64,000 bases of DNA. Source: an uncultured Acidobacteriota bacterium (GTDB lineage: Bacteria > Acidobacteriota > Blastocatellia > RBC074). Positions within the stretch are counted from its first letter, which is position 1; the number at the start of each line of letters is the position of its first letter. The notes under the pieces were generated by a model that saw only the letters and a list, made by a program, of their open reading frames with translations, did not search any database and was not told the origin of the DNA. The DNA is taken from assembly GCA_963796275.1 (NCBI GenBank), contig CAWCKY010000004.1, forward strand, positions 1,577,431-1,641,430, given 5' to 3'. Of the stretch, positions 59,089 to 64,000 are shown in pieces. A program made the translations under genes and the position numbers.

Positions 59089-59186
59089 AGCAATCTTCTA
59101 TTGAGCAACACAACATCCACGCGGGGTGGCATTGCGCGGTGGCGGTGATGCCGGAGAGATTAGGGGGCTTCTCTGGTGCATACACT

Positions 59187-60023
59187 CTATACCGATTTCA
59201 AACATCCTGTCTGTCGGAGCTTCCGACAAATGTCGTGGGACGACTTTGTCGCCGGCTTCGACATTTCTACTCGCAATACCCTGTGATTGCGACCTGTGCG
59301 GGATCTCACGGCGGCGCACTCAAGGACGAAAAAATTTTCGCGACTGACAAAAGTATGGCAACTGCAGGCGGCATACTTGAGTTCCCCCCCCTTAATGACC
59401 GTAATCCGATTACGCTCGGCTCCGACCCATCCCTCTCGACGGAATTTGAGCATGGTCTCGGTGACTACACTGCGGGCGACGCCAATCGCTTCTGCAAGGC
59501 TCGCATGCGTCACGTGAAAGGAGTCAGAACGCATGCACTTTTGCATCAGCAGAAGCTTGCTTGCCAAGCGTTGCCTCGTGGAATGGAACCGGTTGCAAAC
59601 AGATAAGAGCGCGAGCCGTCCGAATAGACCATTCACATAGTCGAAAATCAGATCATACGCTTCGCCGTTTTGTCTGAGCACTTGATGTAAGATGCGGACA
59701 TCGATTTCGAGAGCCTCCCCCTCGATTTGCGCTTGGGCGTACAGAGGAATGCTGTTGGCCCTGGCGATCCCCGATAGGCCAACCGCACCTTCACGCCCGA
59801 TCATGGCGGCCTCGATAACACGATGTCTGACATTGACAAACAACGATACGGCGCCTCTGGTAATAAACCAGACCCGGTCAGGCGTTTCGCCGACGTCGAA
59901 TAGTATGGTGTCTTTGTTCAGGAAGACTCTCTTGAGATGAGGTACCAGGCTGTCGTAAGCGGTAGGGAGACGGGCTGCCAGAACGACCAATAGATCGTTT
60001 GTTTGAGTTGGATACTGCGACAT
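59187..60023 (-). CDS. Crp/Fnr-family transcriptional regulator
   Basis: IGREGAVG, CNRFHSTRQRLA and VTHASLAEAIGVARSVV; the tail after AACSCH may be read-through. Confidence 0.88.
   Translation of the reverse strand: MSQYPTQTNDLLVVLAARLPTAYDSLVPHLKRVFLNKDTILFDVGETPDRVWFITRGAVSLFVNVRHRVIEAAMIGREGAVGLSGIARANSIPLYAQAQIEGEALEIDVRILHQVLRQNGEAYDLIFDYVNGLFGRLALLSVCNRFHSTRQRLASKLLLMQKCMRSDSFHVTHASLAEAIGVARSVVTETMLKFRREGWVGAERNRITVIKGGELKYAACSCHTFVSRENFFVLECAAVRSRTGRNHRVLRVEMSKPATKSSHDICRKLRQTGCLKSV
59212..59263. promoter_or_regulatory. Cluster of TGTCG-N-CGACA palindromes
   Basis: TGTCGGAGCTTCCGACA (59212-59228), TGTCGTGGGACGACT and TGTCGCCGGCTTCGACA (59247-59263) upstream of the activator gene. Confidence 0.55.
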
Positions 60024-60329
60024 TTCTACTTCTTCTCTACTCTCTTTTTTTCTCCTCCTTGCCGTGCATCAAAAGCCATCAACTCCAGTCGAATGAAGAC
60101 TCGCTTGCGCCGGTCGCAAACCCGTCGCGTTCGCTCTGAACGCCGGCCTGCCATACCGGTCTGTCGGATGGCTCGCCTTTCCGTTTGAGTCTACGCTACT
60201 TGTGGCATTAGTAGATTTAGAATGCGCCTCGGTGAGCTATACATATACTCTTTTTATTACCTCTTATTACGTCGCTATCGGATGGCATCCAAAAATATGT
60301 ATTTGCTTGAGGAAAGTCGATTATGATCT

Positions 60330-60763
60330 GTGATTATTTTACGATCAGGAACCGTGACGCGCGCGAAGCTGGAAGCCCGCCGTGACGCGATGATCGAGGC
60401 CATCGAGGATTCGCTGGTCGAAGGATATGAAGAACTGGATACGACCATTACGCTGCCTGATGCGGACGATCGTCACGTCCTGGCGGCTGCGATCAAATCC
60501 GGGCCACATTGATTCTGACAATCAACCTGAAAGACTTTCCCCGGCAGACGCTCGCCGACTGGAATATCACAGCAAAACATCCGGATGATTTCACGACCGA
60601 TCTCCTCCGAACCGATCAGGAGGCCGTCTTAGCCGTCCTCAGAGAGATGAGGGCTCGGCGAAAACGACCGCCGATCAGTGCCGAAGATTTTCTGGCTCAG
60701 TTAGAACGGCAGGGGTTGAAGAAGTTCGTCGCCAAACTGCGAAAGATCGGCGCTGAGATTTGA
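60330..60763 (+). pseudogene. PIN-domain protein, 5'-truncated and frameshifted
   Basis: LPDADDRHVLAAAI, ILTINLKDFP and HPDDF. Confidence 0.75.
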
Positions 60764-60926
60764 AATATGCGCAATGAGCGACGCCCACCTGCGTCTGTCG
60801 GAATCGTCTCCTGATGAGAGTTGGTGAGCGGCGGTCGGACTAAAGAATTCGTCGCTGCTCAACTACCCGGCGAACAGCCTATGTTTTTTGTTTTTGGTGA
60901 ATTCAGCTTGAAGTCTGATCGGGATA

Positions 60927-61348
60927 TCAGACGGTCCAGTCTTCAATCTTAAGACCGGTAATCTGTTCGAAATCGACTCGATTGCGTGTGACTAAGTATT
61001 GCGCCGTTGGCGATGGCGATGGCGGCTATTCGCAAGTCCTGGCTGCCAACGCGAAAGCGCTGTCGTTTCAATTCTTCAAAAATGGTAATGCCCGCGGAAT
61101 TGAATTCAAGGATGTTCAGCTTCGCCAGATCGTAGATCGCTTGGCGAAAGCTTTGGTGCGCTATGGCCAGTGCCTCTGTGGTTGACGCCTTTTTGATTTG
61201 CGCGAGGCGTCCGCGTAACTGTTCTTCGGCGGTTATGGTTGTGGTCGCTATCTCATCAGGAGAGGTGGAGGGTCAATTAATGCAGCACCTGTGAATTTCC
61301 CCTGAAATGTAAGGTGACGTGATCAGTATCCAGCACGTATCGAATCAT
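60927..61348 (-). pseudogene. VapC/PIN toxin, frameshifted (absent from the ORF track)
   Basis: Manual translation MIRYVLDTDHV...ITAEEQLRGRL...GSQDLRIAAIA...VTRNRVDFEQITGLKIEDW. Confidence 0.8.
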
Positions 61349-61662
61349 GGTCGCGACTCCGCGTCATCAACCTCGCGGCGGTATTTGCCGATTTCTTTCA
61401 CCCAATCATCGAAGGTCGGATCGTCTCGTAGGGAACCGTGAGTCTCCAGCCAGGGGTTGGCAACCACGCCGGCGGGCGCCCCCTCGACTTCGATCGTAAA
61501 CAATCTGCCGACGGCGAGCCGCTCTTTGAGCAAGGTTTTAGCCTTGTCCAGAGCCTCTTCCTCGGTCGCGCCTTCGGCGACTATGTCAGGAATGCCGATG
61601 ACGAAAGCCGAGAACAATCCATCCGGCAAATTTTGTACGAGCACTTGATACTGCATTCTCAC
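61345..61662 (-). CDS. HicB-like antitoxin
   Basis: IPDIVAEGATEEEAL and DDPTFDDW; ATGA overlap with vapC. Confidence 0.75.
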   Translation of the reverse strand: MRMQYQVLVQNLPDGLFSAFVIGIPDIVAEGATEEEALDKAKTLLKERLAVGRLFTIEVEGAPAGVVANPWLETHGSLRDDPTFDDWVKEIGKYRREVDDAESRP

Positions 61663-61830
61663 TCACCTCCACATATTCATTATCGCATAAAGCGTCTTCA
61701 ACTCGAATATTTGCCGACTCCGCCCGATTGTTGTCATTCTGACCGATCTCTTGCGCGCCTTGAGCGTAGTGACCCGGTTGTGGAGAACACACACTTTCAT
61801 GGAAGAGTTATTCATCTCGCTTCGAGCCTA

Positions 61831-62971
61831 AGTAAGTAGCCAAAATTATTGGCAGAAATCTTTAAGCCAAAAGTTCTTTGACAAAACACCAGCTTTACAT
61901 AGAGCTTGGGTCCTGGTTAAGCCGAGAACCCACTTTTCGGCATGGAGAGCAGCCTGATCAATATTCGCATACTGACGATTGGCCGCTATTTTGCCCTTCA
62001 ACTCACGCCAGAGATGGTCCATCGAGTTGAGTTCCGAACACTGCTTTGGCAGCCAAATCAATGTTATGTCGAGTTCGGCTGCCAGTTGCTGACTGGCCTT
62101 CGCTGTATGGCAAGATGCCTCATCCAGCACCAACCAAATGGGCCGTCCTGGGTAGCGTTGCCGTAGTAAACGCAAAAAGGCTTGAAAGGCTTCCTGCCGC
62201 ATACTGTGAGCGCGCATCACAATCCGGTGCCCAGTTCGCGGGTTGATCACACCGAACAAGACTCGTTTAGCATTCTGCCCGGTAATTGGCACAACGGCTT
62301 GCTCACCACGCAGCGCCCAGCAAGCTCTCAACGGAGGAAATAGACGGAGTATCGTTTCATCCTCGATCAAGAGCACAGCGCCAACGGACATTTGTTTCAG
62401 TCGTCTGACAATTGCCCCTTTTTCTGCGCGCGGTGCGGATCTTTCGTGACAAAGACGTAACGCGGACGTTTCCAGACAAGCCCAATCTCCTTCATCCGTC
62501 GTCGCAACGTACGTTCAGTGATCGGGCATTGGTAGACCCGACTCAGCCGATGCGCCAATAAAGCTACCGTCCACACGTTGGTGTTATAACCGAGCTTGAG
62601 CGGGTCACGCCGCAGTTCGCTCAGAATACGTGCTCTGGTGACGCGCTTTGCCACCTCCGGGCGGCCAGCACCTTCACGGTGTTCCAATGCCGAGACCGAA
62701 TGAGTTGCAAGATATTTCTCAACCCATCGGTAAATGGAGCGCTCGGCTGCATGAGTCAATTGCGCAACATCGGCAACTGTGTGCCCTTGCGCAACGAGCC
62801 AAACAGCTTGAAGACGGCGATATTCGCTCGCTTTCTTGGTGCGTTTCATTGCCGCTGCAAGCCGCTTAAGGTCTTGCTTTACGAAACCCATTTCTGCTGG
62901 GCTGATGCTCTTCCGCATAAGCCCAGCGTAACTTCAAAGATCATTTTTGCCAAAAAAATTGGCTACTTACT
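61831..62971 (-). mobile_element. IS630-family insertion sequence
   Basis: Inverted repeats AGTAAGTAGCCAAAATTATTGGCAGAAAT / ATTTTTGCCAAAAAAATTGGCTACTTACT; TA duplicated in a CTAG target. Confidence 0.92.
61846..62918 (-). CDS. IS630 transposase in two ORFs (likely programmed frameshift)
   Basis: HTH ORF ending at AAAAAGGGG (QKKG); DDE ORF with EDET, VLDEASCH and ELNSMDHLW. Confidence 0.88.
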
Positions 62972-63451
62972 TAGCAAGAACTGAGCCGTCTTAATCACCG
63001 ATGCCGGCTCACGATCGCTGATTCCGATATACCATGAGATGGTCGCGCGTGCTTCATCAACTCCCTCGGCGATGACCGCGCAATAGCCCTCTTCCAACAC
63101 GCCGCGAAGAAAGGCTTTTTGCTCTTTCGTGGCGACGCCCTCTTCCGATTTCATTTCAAGATAGAGGCCGTGATAGCCGCGATGTGCGGCAGGCAAACAT
63201 AGATCGGCCACGCCGGCCCGTACGCCTTCGGCCTTAAGTTTTCTCGCGACATAAATGTTCCGGTATCCGCCATTTGGCACAGCATAAAGGAGGTCGAGTA
63301 CGGGATAGGCATCCTTGACCGTTCTCACCCATTTGATCAGGGCGACCTGGTGCCGACGCTCAAGCTCGCGCGGCTTGGCTCGCGGCTTGACGCCTAATTT
63401 CTTCCGGAGAGCTTCGTCAGACAACTGAGAGACGTGAATGCGGATCGGCAT
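62963..63451 (-). CDS. VRR-NUC nuclease (last codons replaced by IS630)
   Basis: YAVPNGG, EGVRAGVADL, LYLEMKS and EQKAF. Confidence 0.88.
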   Translation of the reverse strand: MPIRIHVSQLSDEALRKKLGVKPRAKPRELERRHQVALIKWVRTVKDAYPVLDLLYAVPNGGYRNIYVARKLKAEGVRAGVADLCLPAAHRGYHGLYLEMKSEEGVATKEQKAFLRGVLEEGYCAVIAEGVDEARATISWYIGISDREPASVIKTAQFLLSK

Positions 63452-63955
63452 ATTGTTCCATAAAGGGAGAAGGCTTTGAAATCCTTCTTCAACGTAAGTG
63501 GGGCGGACAGACGAACAGGATCGTCGCCGCTCACCGTCCTTGCGAACCGCTTCTGTTTTTCGAGCTAATGGGAATGTGGCGATCTGGATAGGCGCGTCAT
63601 CGCGATCTGTCGAAACCGCGGACTGAGGCGATTGAGCCAGCGCAGGGCGCTGATGGATGTGATCGGAAGATTGCGGACTGCAGCGTCATCAATTCCCTTG
63701 ATTCGGACATCCCACGAAGTGATGCGCGTCGTCGCGAGCGTCCTATCACGCCGCAGCCGCCTGGCGACGAGCGAGGCCAGATGAAAGCAGACTGTCTCGT
63801 TTGAATAATGGTCTTGGTCGAATCCGATCCACAGGCCTGCCGTGTGTGAGTTCGATGAGCGCGTCGTGATTGGCCGTTACGCACGGCGTCGCGACGATAT
63901 ACAACTCAGGACGGATGGCGGAGAGGACGTCGGCCTTGAACACGCCCTTAACGAT
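63254..63955. repeat. Copy 2 of the ~0.7-kb diverged direct repeat
   Basis: Aligns by eye with 6984-7699. Confidence 0.85.
63531..63955 (-). pseudogene. 3' part of primase-like gene, paralog of 7271-8434
   Basis: KADVLSAIRPELYIVATPCVTANH; similarity ends near 63955. Confidence 0.8.
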
Positions 63956-64000
63956 TCGAACGAGAGCAGTCCGCGACTGCGATGGTGTGTCACATCGAAT

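Overview
A 64-kb accessory region with no housekeeping genes. It is probably from an Acidobacterium, inferred from a PadR-ADOP permease pair and an Acidobacteria-type REP palindrome. Many long genes are split by single-base frameshifts, which looks more like long-read indel error than true decay. The left part (<1-34002) is the right arm of an integrative element ending in a tyrosine integrase and a 3'-half tRNA-Phe copy (att). It carries a MoxR/RavA-VWA pair, a DUF3800 gene split by an IS701-like element, a primase-like/VRR-NUC module, two nucleases bracketed by a palindromic repeat, a complete type 3 BREX locus with a nested ATPase + RelE-like gene pair, a Crp + sigma54-activator module and HigBA. 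The middle (34-53 kb) holds toxin-antitoxin pairs, an XPB-DUF790 pair, a type I R-M locus with truncated hsdR, PadR-ADOP and several orphan nucleases. The right part (53-64 kb) is a decayed relative of the first element: homologous integrase, Crp + sigma54-activator module and primase/VRR-NUC module, plus an IS630. The best candidates for undescribed biology are the gene pair nested in BREX and the Crp/sigma54-activator cassette found twice with this element family. All family assignments come from reading motifs by eye; no database search was run.
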